Shown: positions 48,626 to 60,962 of the stretch, piece after piece
How positions within the stretch are numbered: the stretch's first letter is position 1
Layout of the letters: every line of letters starts with the position of its first letter
Source: Camelus dromedarius
Lineage: Eukaryota
DNA: 64,000 nt
Direction of reading: 5' to 3'
Assembly: GCF_036321535.1 (NCBI RefSeq)
Contig: NC_087436.1
Location: 78,742,001 to 78,806,000 of the forward strand
Notes under the pieces: model-generated
Databases searched by the model: none
What the model was told of the DNA's origin: nothing
Seen by the model: the letters and a program-made list of their open reading frames with translations, nothing else
Made by a program: the position numbers and the translations under genes

Positions 48626-50884
48626 CATGCACTTATAGAATAATATTAATTTTGAAAAAGTGACAGCTAGGTAGAGACAGATAGCTGCACATATATGTGT
48701 ATGCACAGGGGAAGCACACAGGAAAGTGTCATATTATATGTGAAGACCATGTAGCAAAATGTTGGTTGTGGTTATTTTTAGTGGTATGAAAACGAATGAC
48801 TTTTGTTTCCTTCTTTTTTTTTTTTTAAATCAATTTTTTGATAACCAGCACTTATTACTTTAATCATCAGAACGAAATTAACTGCTCAGCCAGCTGATGC
48901 TTCTGGCACATTAACACCCAAATGTGCAAATCAGATTGTTTTTAATCCCACTTTAAAAAGTACTTATCTTGGTATTTAACCAGCATGGCCCATCACAAGA
49001 AGTTGTCTTTCTAAGCACAGGTATAGTTTGCTTTTATTTGCTTTTGTTATTTCTCTGCTTAGTTTTCTGCCAAAAGCTAATCCTCTTCAGGTTAAAATAC
49101 TTTCAGTCTGCCAGAGTCCCATGGAGTTAAATATTTCTCAATTCTTCCTGCTGACCGTGTTGGCGTTTGAAGTCAGCTGCTGGTTCTGGTCTTCTTAAGA
49201 ACAAATACCTGAGAACATCTCAACAATAATCAGAGCCAGCCTTGCTATGTGCTGGATACCGCTGTGAGTGCTTTATACACACTGACCTAGGCTAGAGCCT
49301 CCTTCATCTCCAACGTGTCCAGTTTGGATGGTTAATTATGTGGTCCCCCTGCCTGTGAGGCCCTATGAATATCCCCCCATTTTACAAATGAGGAAACCAA
49401 GGCACAAAGAAATTAAGTAACCTGCCCAAGTTCACACAAGGAAGTAAGTGACAGAGCTGGGATTTGAACCCAAGTTCGGGAATCTATGCTCTTCTAAATG
49501 CCGTGCAATACTGTCTGCATTGCGTCTTGTTGCAGAGAGTATGGTAGGGTACAGATACTACAAGTGAAATACAACTTTGTTTTCCTTGTAATTATTGATT
49601 AGGTTCTTTAGATGTTATTTAAAATCTATTTTGTATCCTACAAGTAAGCATGATAGAGAGTAAGACCATGTTAATGAGTTCCCTTGATGTCCTGGAAAAT
49701 AGTCTGAAATTGTTCTTCCATGAGAGCGCAGCAATTAGGCAGGGACATGGTCAGAAAATCAAAAGGCTGCAGAGAGCAATTGACCACAGGGCAGAGATCA
49801 AACAGATCCCTGACTTAAAACTGCTCACTGCCTCCTTTTGCCCTTAGGATCAGGTGCAACAGTCCTCACCCAGACTCTGAGACCGTGTCCACCTCTCCAG
49901 TTGTAAGGGCTTTCTTTCTGCTTCTGGAACATTTCATCCTTTTTGCCACTTCCGAGCTTTTCTCTGCAAACGCTGTTCCCTCTTTCTGAAGAGTCTTCCT
50001 TTTCCCACCATCTTTGTCAAGAAAATTCAAGGTTAAATCCCACTTTTCAGAATGTTTTCTTGACCCTGGTCTCCACCCCCCGGGCCCTCTGCGAGGCTAG
50101 GTCCCTGGGTTACGCACACAAGGGTTACTCTGCTCCATTTTGTAACACTCGTGGCTCCAGCCCAGTCTCTGTCCTCTCCGATCTGGGGGGGCCAGCTTGC
50201 TCAATGCTGCTTTCCCAGCATCACCACACGGGGAGCCATCTGGAAAGATCTGTAACCTGATTTCCTGACCGCCACGCAGACTAAGGCAAATTCCTCCCCG
50301 CCACACACACTGAAGCTTTAGGCCTGAAAAGTTTAAATTAAGGAAAGCAATAAACAAGACTACATCAGCCATAATACTGCAAAATTAACAAAACGGGGTT
50401 AACACATTGCTGCAGCTGTGCTACTCAGTGACCCCAAAAGCCAATGGTTCAACTCATCAGATAGGATTTTGAGACAATGTCTTGCCTGTATGAAATTAAT
50501 TAACTATAGTATGTTCTAGTTTGCACATAAGAATTTACATTTCTCACATCTCACCTTGTAAAGAAACAGCCAACGTCCACCTGACACTAAGCTATGCTCC
50601 ACATCAGTAAGACCTAAGTAAACCTGGAACTGACAGATGATTACCTGTCACAGAGCTAATTGTTTTTCCTTTCTGGAGATAATAGGCATGACGTATAAAT
50701 ATCAATTATAGCTGTTCACAGAATGAGAGGTAACTAAAGAGCAAGAAAATTGATTTTTTAATGACAGTTATGAATGGTTTTATTAGTTTATATAGCTCAG
50801 AAATCAGCTGGCTGGGTACTCCCCAGGTATTCCAGAGTAATGGGGAGCACCCTTTTAGATGATATTTAAGTAAAAATTGTCAAC

Positions 50885-51500
50885 TACATAGGGTATCGGA
50901 TGGTGGTGGCTTGATAAATGCAATGGAGAAAAGTTAAACACGACAGAGGACTGGGAAGTGAGGGAACATTGCAATGTTCAATAGACTGGACAAAGAAAGC
51001 CTCACTGAGAAGATGGCTTTTGAGAAATGATTTGAAGTTGGTGAAGGAAGGGTGGAGGTAGGACAGAGAGGGTGTACACTTTCTAAGACAAGGGAACAGC
51101 AAGTACAAAGGCCCTGAGGTAGAAGCATGCCTGGTGAGTTCAGGAACGGCATGGAGGCTAATGTGGCTGGAGTGGAGCTAGCCTTTGCTGGAGAGAAGCA
51201 GAAGGTGAAGACTGAGAAACCTGGAGGAGAAAACAAAAAGAAGCGGCCTTGTAAGGCTGTTGTAAGGTCTTCATTTTTATCCTGACGAGATGGGAAGTCA
51301 GTGGAGGGTGTGATGAGAGGTGTAACATGATCTGACTGCTTGTTGAATAGAGACTGAAGGGTCAAGGGTGAAAGCACAGTGATTAATCTGGAGGCTCCTG
51401 CAGAAAAGCAGGCAAGAGATGGTTGTGGCCTGGACCAGGGAAGGGACAGTGGGAGATGAGAAACAGTCAGATTATAGATAGGGTTCAAAGACGGAGCCAC
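50885..51500 (-). mobile_element. L2 LINE fragment
   Basis: gggaacagcaagtacaaaggccctgaggtaga-gcatgcctgg...gatgggaagtcagtggaggg...gagatggttgtggcctggaccaggg. Confidence 0.85.
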
Positions 51501-52769
51501 TTGTCTGATACCTTCCTTTTGAATGTTAATACACATAGCCACATTTTCTTTCGCAACCTTGTGTCAATGATTACTTCCCAGCAACAGTTTAGGCAGAGGC
51601 CATTTCTCCATACCTTCGCCAACAATGAAGTAATGTATTGCTTGAAGTTTTAGAAGCAAAAGTTCATTCAGATTATTTCTTTTTGGAGGAAATCAATCAT
51701 TTCCTGAAATGACCAAATTACAAGAAATGCCTTGGAGTTGAGAATCCCTCTCTTGGAAGGCAAGAGTTGTGAGCGCTAACCTGTTTCTATCTACTATCCC
51801 TGTATTAGGATGGGAAGCAAGCACCCTCGCTGAGATGGCCCAACAGCCAGACTGACTTTGTGCTGCATGCAGACCCATCTCTGGTCTCTCAGACTGAATC
51901 AGACAAGGGACAAGGTCAAGTCAACAGCTGAAGGGGCTCACCACCTGGACATCCCACTTTGCCCTCCTACAACGAAAGGACTCTAACTTCTTGTGGATTT
52001 GCTGTTGTTGAAATTGAGGAACAGTTGTTTGTTTTACTTAAGATGGAATAAATCCAAGTATTTTGCTTAGGCTCAGCACTTCAAGGACCTGTTAAATTTT
52101 CCTCATCACGGTCCACACAGGTGACCGGCAAAGCAACTGTCCTTCAGTCCTCAAATTCTGTGTCTGCCCTCATCCACTCTGGTGTCCACTGCAATTTCTA
52201 TCCTTGCTTCGTTCTGTTGAGCTAATTGCACATTTGGGGAAAGGCATCTAAGCTATCACTGAGAAAACAAGAAAAGAGAAAAGTGATTTCTTAGAGTACT
52301 TCCATTAATTTAAGTCTTTACTCTGGTTTGCTTTCTCTCCAGCTTTTTATTTTATGTATTTACCACTCAGAGTTGGAGTAATTACATTTCTGGTCTCTCT
52401 TCTTTGGGTGACCAGACTTGGCTCAGTAGTACTGTTAAAACACCTCAAAGGTTTCTTTGGTTCCAACATATTGGGTTCCTTTGGATGGTTTGTCCTCATT
52501 GTTGTTCATCGCTTCTCTGTCCCCGCCCCTTTTCAAATGTTCAACTGTTTGCATACAGGTTTCTTCCTGCACCTGGAATTGTTGGCTGAGACATCTGCAT
52601 TCTGCAAGCAAGCTGGAAAGAGGCTGACCTACTAGAATAGTCGCCTTCTCTTTCTTGGTGTGTGCTTGCTTTTCTGTGACAGTTCGGGCTGTGAACTAAG
52701 TTCCTGTTGTCTGGTGGTATACCAGGACCATCGAGGCATCCATCACACCCACATACAAGGAGATCTTTT

Positions 52770-52803
52770 AGTCTGACGCCTTAGACCACTTGGCCATCCT
52801 GAC
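52770..52803 (-). pseudogene. Tailless retropseudogene: 5' half of tRNA-Leu(CAA)
   Basis: Minus strand GTCAGGATGGCCAAGTGGTCTAAGGCGTCAGACT vs tRNA-Leu(CAA) GTCAGGATGGCCGAGTGGTCTAAGGCGCCAGACT (2 mismatches). Flanked by direct repeats at 52753-52771 and 52804-52822. Confidence 0.88.
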
Positions 52804-53932
52804 ACACAAGGAAATCTTTTAGAGTTGTTATTAAATCTCCAAGAACTCCCTCCCATTTGCCACTCACCTTTGCCTGGCTCACCTGCTACCCCTTTGGCGG
52901 GGATTTTGGTTTTACATGAGAAAGAATTATCTTCTAGGTTAGATTTTCCAAAGTGGTAATCAACTGTGGCTGTTAGCCTTTTTAACAAGGAGTTTCTTAT
53001 TTTGGAACTGAGAAAGACACCGGGGAATTCCACAAAAAATAACCGTGAAAGGAGAGAAGTGAGGTTTAAAACACACAGCCACCTAAATTTCTATTTAAAT
53101 TTAGAAATAGTTCACAGAATACCATCAAATCGCAAGACCCTCTTAGACATGGGAGTCTGTTCATCAGTTAGTCTTCCCGCTTGCTTTGTTGGAGTTTATC
53201 TTTCAACACGGTTCTATGGAGCGGTTGTCAAGGAAACCTGGGCTGCATGGCTTTTCTCCAGATTTTCTCGCCGGTCCCGACTCTGGGAGCACCGGTGTGA
53301 CGTGGGGGCTTCTGTCTGCAGCTTATTATATCTTTTATCTCGATTAATATGAACAATCACTTGGTGGTTCAGTGAAATGTTTTTACATCTTGTGATGAGG
53401 CACTGAAAAAATGATACCATCATTTTGTTCACCAGCTGGTTTTTGACTGATGTACCATCTAACAGTTATTCACTAATATTGTGCACAATTCACCACCCCC
53501 AAAGATTTTCCTATGTGGATTTAAAATGATGTCCTGAAAGTATGAGTCATGAAAACTACCCAGATTTTCATTTCTGCAAAGATGAAAATGGTGGTCTAAA
53601 TATTATTCATAGTCTTTGTTTCCCTACTGATGTGGATATAAGATTCACAGATTAAGAGAATCCTCACCCTCTCAGTATGAATCTTTAAATGTTTCTTTCA
53701 GCACAGCTTTTTGATTTTCCTTTGCTTAAGCCATTGTGTTCTAATGTGAGGGGTTTTTAAACAGATAATTCTTTACTTGTTTAGTTCAGGGAAAATCCAT
53801 CATACTCTATTATTTGGCTCTATTCTGAATTTAGCTATTCCCTAAAGTCATCTTTTAAATGAAATGAGGAACTTGGAAAAACAATTTTGTTTCCAATACA
53901 GAAAAAGAAAGTAGCAGATCATTTTTCCTAGC

Positions 53933-54229
53933 TGTCTGAGTCCATTTGGGCTGCTGTCACAAACAGTGGCTTATAAACACCAGGAGGCTGGAGGTCCGAG
54001 ATTAGGGTGCCAGCAGCATTGGGTAATGGGTCTTCTTCCTGGTTCATAGCCAGCACCCTCTCTCTGTGTCCCCGCACGGTGGAAGCGGTGAGGGATCCCT
54101 TCAAGAGGACGTCATCTTCATGACTTAAGCACCTTCCAAAGGTCCCACCTCCTAATGCCATCATCTTTGGGGGGGTCAAGATTTCAAAATACGAACTTTG
54201 AGTGGGGCACAAGTAGTCAGACAACAGTA
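53933..54229 (-). mobile_element. MaLR solo LTR (MLT1A-like) with 5-bp TSD CTAGC
   Basis: tgtctgagtccatttgggctgct...gtggcttataaaca...ggaggctggaggtccgagattagggtgccagca; CTAGC at 53928-53932 and 54230-54234. Confidence 0.9.
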
Positions 54230-55954
54230 CTAGCTTAGCAACTTTGTACTAATACCTGTGAGCTATTAAGTTCAATGTCAAAATTAGGTACCTGATGTTT
54301 ATTCATTCACTCGATCATTCATTCATTGGTCTATCCATCCAGTATTAACTTTGAGGAAGCCTCTGTAACAAGAAGTGTAACTTTAACGGAAGACCATGTG
54401 GCACAGCAGATTGATGATTTAGATGAGTTTCCCCACATTGTTAAGAAGTTATTTTTCTCTGGATACATATGTGTACATACACACACACACAGTTTCCTAT
54501 TCTTGTACCCTTCCTTGTGTACCACTTCTTGTACCACTCAGCCGTCCACACAGCTGGCCTTATGATGACAGCTTGAAAGGGCCTTTATTGAAACAGCAGG
54601 ATGTTGCAAGGAAAGGCTGGCTGGGTGCCTGCTCACCAAAGGACTCTCCAGTTAGTATTCTGACATCACCTTTCTCAGGTCAGGCCCTCCACTCTGTAGG
54701 CGCAGAAAGATGACTGTGTCGATAATCCTCCAGGAAAGACTCACTGTAGCCTAACTCACAAGAGACTGAGGAGCAATTCAACATTCTGGGGAATTAATTA
54801 CAATGAGAAAGGCATGTACTGACACATGGACTGTAATACCTAGTGAGTTCTCATCCTATAGGAGAAATCAAATCATAATTAGAAGAGTGAGTGCTGGTCA
54901 TGAGTCGGAGCAAAGAGAATCAGAGGCCATGTGTCCAGGGGCATCAGGCTCTGACAGTCTGATCACCCTTGTCTATTGTTGGGGTACACTGGCCCCCGGG
55001 CCTGTACAGGTTAACCATGGGCTAGAGAAACCTCGCTCTGTGCAGACAACACAGGATCTTCATGGCAGACCCTATGGTTTATGTGGCTCACCATCCTTTT
55101 GATGAACTAACTCTTTCCTCCCCCTTTTAAAAAAAATCTTTTCAACATACTAATGCCTTGCAGGGTGTCTGTAGCAACTTTACTCACATATACAGCAGCC
55201 TAATTTCACTTGAGGTGATACCTTGATATTTTGGCTAAAGGAAACTTCCAGTTACACCCTTACCTTCCGTAGTTCTATTCTTAAAATTGTGCCTAATTTC
55301 CGAGTTCAGGGGAAGAGGACACTGTACTCTGGTCCCTGTTTACAACTTAGCCCTGAAGTCCTGCTTGTCTTCTATAATGCTTTGAGTTTTTGCCTTCAGT
55401 CTTTGTCCATAGCCTGGATCTGTGCCCAGTTCCTGCAGCTGCTTTTGGCTGGTGTCCAAAGCCCTGGACTCTGAAAATAACCAACCGAAGAAAGAGGAAG
55501 ACTCTCCGATCTGATGGCATGTGCCTCTGTAATATCCTGCTGGTTACAATTAGTCCTGAGAGCAGCAGGATGTGTGCGTGGGATAGAGAAGATCGGCTTA
55601 AGCCCATGAAGTATCCAAAAGTGGACACATCAGAGGTAGAGAAGTGGTTTAGGTAGGTAATCCATCACTTCCTCTTTCCATTTCCCTTTGTCCAATGCCA
55701 TTAACATGTGTGTGCTACCAGAGAGCGAAAGGTTCATTTCTAACGAATGAAACAGACACTTATTAAATACCTAAGCATTAAGTGAAATGAGGAACTTGAA
55801 AAAATTTTACACCCAATACAGTAAGAAATTAATAGATCAACTTTCCTAGCTCAGCAGCTTTGTTATAATACCTGCAGGTTATTGGGGCAAATACACAGGT
55901 GAATATGACACAGTCTCTGCCCTCAGAAAGTTTCCCAGAGGAGACAAAATAAGT

Positions 55955-56800
55955 ATTTATTTATTCAATAAATATTTATTGAGCATCATTCCGTCCCAGG
56001 AGTTACACTAAGTCCTGGAGATAAAATGTTAGACACAAGACTTTCATGACCCCTGCCTTCATGGCATCTACACACTAGTTGGGAAGAAGTTGTTATAATA
56101 CAAGATAAAATGAACACAGTGTGAGAAGGACGTTAGAGAGACTCTGCAACAGCAGGTTTTAAAGAATAAATAGGAGTGTGCTAGGTTTGTGCGGAAGATA
56201 GGGATGCTATAGAGAGAAAGCTAAGGGTATAAAAAGGATGGAGATATGAAACGGCATGTGTGTTCAAGGAGCATACAGGTTTCCTATTACCAGAGCACAA
56301 CACTGCAGACAGAGAAGGCTGGGATATAAACTCGAGAGCATTCTGCAGCCAGATGGTAGAGGGTCTTACATACAATCTTGAAGGGCTTGGGTTTTTTCTT
56401 GAAGCAGATGAAAGTCATTGAAAGATTGCAATCAGAGGAAAAACAAGTCATTGACAGCAACATGGAGGGTGAACTGGGGCGAAAGAGTGGCAGCAGGGGA
56501 GCATTGAGGGGTGTGCTGCAGCAGCCTGGCAAACCAGATCTGAGGATGGGACCCTCGGGGTGGGGGTGGGGACATATGCTTTGGAGACCTTTATGAAGTA
56601 GAATTGTAAAGCCCTGGTAGATTACCCTAGAGGCACAGGAGTGGGTGGAGTTGACCTTGACCCCCAAGCAGGAGAAGACAGATCTAGGAGGGAGGGAGAT
56701 AAGATCGTGGCTTTGGGAGATGCTGAGGTGCACTCCCCGAGGGGAAGGAAGGACAGCTCTGTAAAAGCTGAGCGCAGAGTTCGGACACCTGAAACACATC
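55955..56800 (-). mobile_element. L2 LINE fragments
   Basis: atttatttattcaataaatatttattgagca tail followed by degenerate L2 body. Confidence 0.65.
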
Positions 56801-57289
56801 CTACTGCCAACTTAACATCTTCACTTTTGTTTCTGAGTCTCTTCGTTATAGTCTTTATTCTCACTTTCCCAGGCCCACTGTGATTATCCGTTAGCAGGTC
56901 TTCTCCAGGCCCCAGCTCTGGTCTCTGCTCTGTGAAATTCTCTCTTCATGCTGCTCCCAGAGTGACCCAGATGAAATGCTAATCTGACATTTCCTGATTA
57001 ATTCCTTAAGTGACATTTCCATGTCATTTCCTGATTAACTCCTTTCAGTGGCTCCCTCCTGCCTATCGTGCGATGAAGTTCAAGCTATTTTGCATAGCCC
57101 ACAGCCCTCTCTAAGTGGCCCTTGCCTACTTTGTGAAGGGATCCCTACCTCATACATTGCGCTCCAGCCCCACCAAACCCTTGCATTTTCCTGACCACCA
57201 CCTCCCTCTTGCCCTGTGCTGTTTTATGTTCCTGCTGTCACCTCTTGCTGGTAGAGTTGAAGAAGCAGAAGCAAATGGACTAACTAATG

Positions 57290-57750
57290 AGGCAAAGACC
57301 TGGAAGACATAGAAAGCAAGCAATAAAAGACCCAGGAAGGAAGGCAGAGAGAGCCTCTGCTGAGATTTTAGGAGAAGTATACGAACTGCAGGGGATGTGG
57401 ATAAATGTGTGGGTGACCAAAAGGGCAGGGAGTTGAACACAGGGGCAACACTGGATCTGGGCTGTTTCTGCCAAACACAGGATAACCTCTAATGAACAAT
57501 TTTGGCTCAAGGACTTTTCAATGACCTGACTGAGATTTTCTCAGAATTACGCTGCAGTCAGAGGTCCTTCCTCCTCAATCCTTCCTTCTCTGTCTCCTTT
57601 CACAGGTATCACGCCGGCATCATGGTTCAAAGGCTCTCCTTGGTCACTCCTGCTCCTTCCCCTTTTATCTTCACAGGCATTTCCCTCAATAATTCTCTTG
57701 TACATCTAATTCCACCTTTGTATCTGGCTCTTCAAAAACCCAAAGTGCTA
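57290..57750 (+). mobile_element. ERVL LTR (LTR16-like)
   Basis: ctcctttcacagg...aggcatttccctcaataattctcttgtacatctaattcc terminus. Confidence 0.65.
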
Positions 57751-59844
57751 GAACATTTTGTAAGTGTGTGTGTCGGAGGGGAAATGGAAGGATCGAGGGG
57801 TTTGATTTGATGTCATCATGTGGTGGAAGAACAGATGTGAGAGCATGGGAATTGCAAGGGTAGATGGTGAGGGTCAGAGAGTAGGATATTAAAGCGCGAT
57901 CAGGAAGTGAAGGGTCTGGGCTAACAAAGTACAGAGAATGGTCACGGGAAACAGGTTGCTGCAGTGGAGTAGACATGAAAGTCAATGATGTTGGACAAGA
58001 ACTGCAAGGCAGGGATATTAGTTTTTACTGATTTTACTCCAGACAGCAAAGAGACCAGCTGAAGGACAGCAATTCCAGCTTTCTTTGCAGTTGGGGCAGC
58101 CAAGAGTATGTGTAAGTAGAAGCATTGGGCGGGAGTTATTGGGAGGACCTAGGGAAAGTTTTGAAGTGAGCAGACGCCTGGAAGTTGCACCCATTTGCCA
58201 TTTCTTTTCCCTTCTTCTTCTTTTAGCAAGTTTGAATCCTGAGGCCACTTTGAGGATGCAAACCCAGGCTAGGGTGGTGGAGCAGAAAGACACAGGGGTC
58301 CCCAGTAACATGGATTCACCATTCTCTCCCTGATCCGCCTACAGGAGAGAACTCTGTCTTATTTAAGCTACTTATTTGGGTATTTCAAGTACAGCCAAAT
58401 GGATTCCAGTTAATACAGATACACTGTTCACACAAACATGACAATAGGAACTTCTCCCGGAAGTTGGTGGAGAGAGAGAGAAAGTGTGTAAACAAGATGG
58501 CCAAGTGCTTTGCGTAGGAGGGGAATGACTTGGAGGCTGCAAGAGGGAGGTGGCGGTTATGTGAACACATGCACATTAGAGGAGAAGGATCAAAAGAGCA
58601 GGTTTTTGCCCGAGCGTGGAGAAGTAATGGACTGGAAATGTCAGTGGAAGGTGGCCAGTAGGAGAATATTTACCTCCCCTCCCTGCTCCCAATGATGTGG
58701 GGTGATGGAGAGGAGCAGCTTCTCTGCTGGAGTGCTGACATGAAGAGTTGGTTTCCAGTGGGAGTTTTGGAAAATAATTGAAAAGGACAAGCGAGAGCTA
58801 TCAAGTGAAGGGAAGATTCCAAGGAAATGAATCACAAAAGAAAAGCGAGGTAAGAGGAGAGGAGAGGATGAGGGGAAGTGTGGAGAGTTGCCTGGGGTGG
58901 GGGGATGTCCAAGGAAGACAGAGAATAGAAGCACAGAGAGGATAGCTTGCCCTGTGTTTCAAGCCCTGATTGAGTCTCCTGCGGGGTCACATCCAGGACC
59001 CATGGAAGGGGAGGGAGACTGGAGGGCAGCAGGGCCGTATGGCCAGAGCTGGAGCCTGAAGAGGTCCTGCATTTCTGCTGCTGTTCAGGGACATATTTGT
59101 GCACAGCAGCCAGAATGAGGGCTGGTCACAAATGTTGATCCCAACCCAAGTAGGGTACCTGTGACACGTGGAGGTGGAGGAAAGATCCCAGCTGAAGAAC
59201 CTCAGGATCAGAAAGCTGCCTGGAGCCCAGGTGCCTGACAAGTAAGGTTTGCTCCGTGCTGTCTGGGGGATGGGCAAGTTCCGTCCCTCACTTGGTATTT
59301 CCCTGGGCACCCTTCCCCCCACAAGAGAAAAGGAAAATTTACAAATCCAAGGATTCGGTGGCAGGACACACTAGTGGAGAACCCCTGGGCTTCGTTTATT
59401 AATGTGAAAGGACCAACGACTGATACAATGGGAGTGAATCCTAGCATTTCTGAAGTTCAAGGGTATCACAGCTGTATTTCTTTTTCCTCATCTATTTCCT
59501 CTCCTAAAAATGCTGCGTGAACAATAAGATCAAATTTTCTGAACCCCAAAGAAGATGGTCTGATCTTAAGTGTATTTTTTGCTAGTAGGTCAGAACCCTT
59601 GAAATCAGACTCTCCCTAGAAAATGTAGGCTCTTTAGGATGGATTTTCTTTTCATAACTAAGTTAATTTTGTCTTTAGGGTTTGGGGGCGCTCACCCCAT
59701 CTTGAGAGAATTAGAAAATATGTGGAGTGTTGCAAAAATAGGGCTAGAAATTACTAACCTAAATATTGCCCCAAAGTGCATTCAACACCCCAGGTCCTAA
59801 CCTAAGCAATTCAGAATCATCCTGCCTGCAGAGAACCCTCGCTT

Positions 59845-59932
59845 CTTTTTTTCATATCAGAGGTACTGGGGATTGCACCAGGACCTCATGCATGCTAAGC
59901 ATGCACCCTACCATCGAGCTCTACCCTCTCCC
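59845..59932 (-). mobile_element. Camelid SINE (short Vic-1 type) with TSD
   Basis: gaggtactggggattg-accaggacctcatgcatgctaagcatgca...gagctctaccc; agagaaccc repeated on both flanks. Confidence 0.85.
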
Positions 59933-60512
59933 TAGAGAACCCCCAATTCTTAATTTCCTCTTCTTTACAGCACTGACCAGGCCTGGAAAGCCCAAATAGC
60001 CCAGCTCCCAGGAGGTGACAAGTTTATATTCCAGGGTTAATGAATAGACTTTGGACCTTTCCGGTACAATTTTGCCTCACTGCTTCAATGACTTTGGACA
60101 TTTTCCTCCAATCGATTAGGATTAAATGTGCTTTTCTAAGATTCTGTTGAGAAAAGCCAGAGACTTGCACTTATTATTGTCCCTGCTGGCTCCCCCCATC
60201 CAGCAGCTTCTCCCTTCTCTCCAGATTCCCCTGCTATCTCAGGATCCTGTGCTCAGGCCTGGATGCACCGGGGTGGGGAGGAGGGGTCACGGATGAGGAA
60301 GCCTGGAGGTGACAGGAACTGGGGTCTCAGGGTTTCATTTCTCTTCATCCATAGTCCAGGGCAGGGCAGCCCTGGAGGGGCCCAGGGGCTTCTTCTTCCC
60401 AGTCAGTTTGTGAATCCCTGTGAAAAGCCATCCCATGAATACCAAAGGGGTCTCCCAGGGGACCGGGAGGGAAGAGGGGAACAATCAGATAGAAAAGAGT
60501 GTTAAAAATGCA

Positions 60513-60962
60513 TGTATTAGTTGGATTCTCCAGGAAGCAGTTAGGCTGTAACTGATTTACTGGGGGTAACTCCTGTGGAAGATAAAAGGGTGGGCGAAGC
60601 AGGAATGAACAGGGAAAGGCTTTGCTCTTTGGTGCCAATCTGATATTCGTGAAAGAACACAAAGGAGGCAGGATTGGGCAAGGGAGCCTCAGAGCACCAT
60701 TCAGACCTGACAAAGTCTTAGCTGACCCAACGAGGGCTGGGGGAAGATGGCTGGTTAGTGGAGTCCCTCTTGTTGGGCAGAAATGGCCAGGCCCTGGTAC
60801 CCACCATGCTCCGTCACAGGCTAGGGCTGTTCGGGAAGAGTGTAGCAAAACAACAACAATAACAATAGATCTCAAAGTTTAAAGGCAGTTAGCTACAGCC
60901 TTGTAGCTGAACAGCAGGTTCTTTCTTGAAAGAAGAGTTCAGAGGCACACCTCCGTGGCTGT
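60513..60962 (-). mobile_element. Old ERVL-type LTR
   Basis: tgtattagttggattctccaggaagcag...tttactggggg...gggcagaaatggccaggccc...gaggcacacctccgtggctg. Confidence 0.6.

Noticed and set aside
50934..51542. 202-aa minus-strand ORF
   Set aside because: Lies within an L2 remnant (L2-like text such as SDHVTPL); not a gene.
52700..52803. Functional intron-containing tRNA-Leu gene
   Set aside because: No B box or T arm, no intact anticodon, and the sequence after the 5' half is the target-site duplication.
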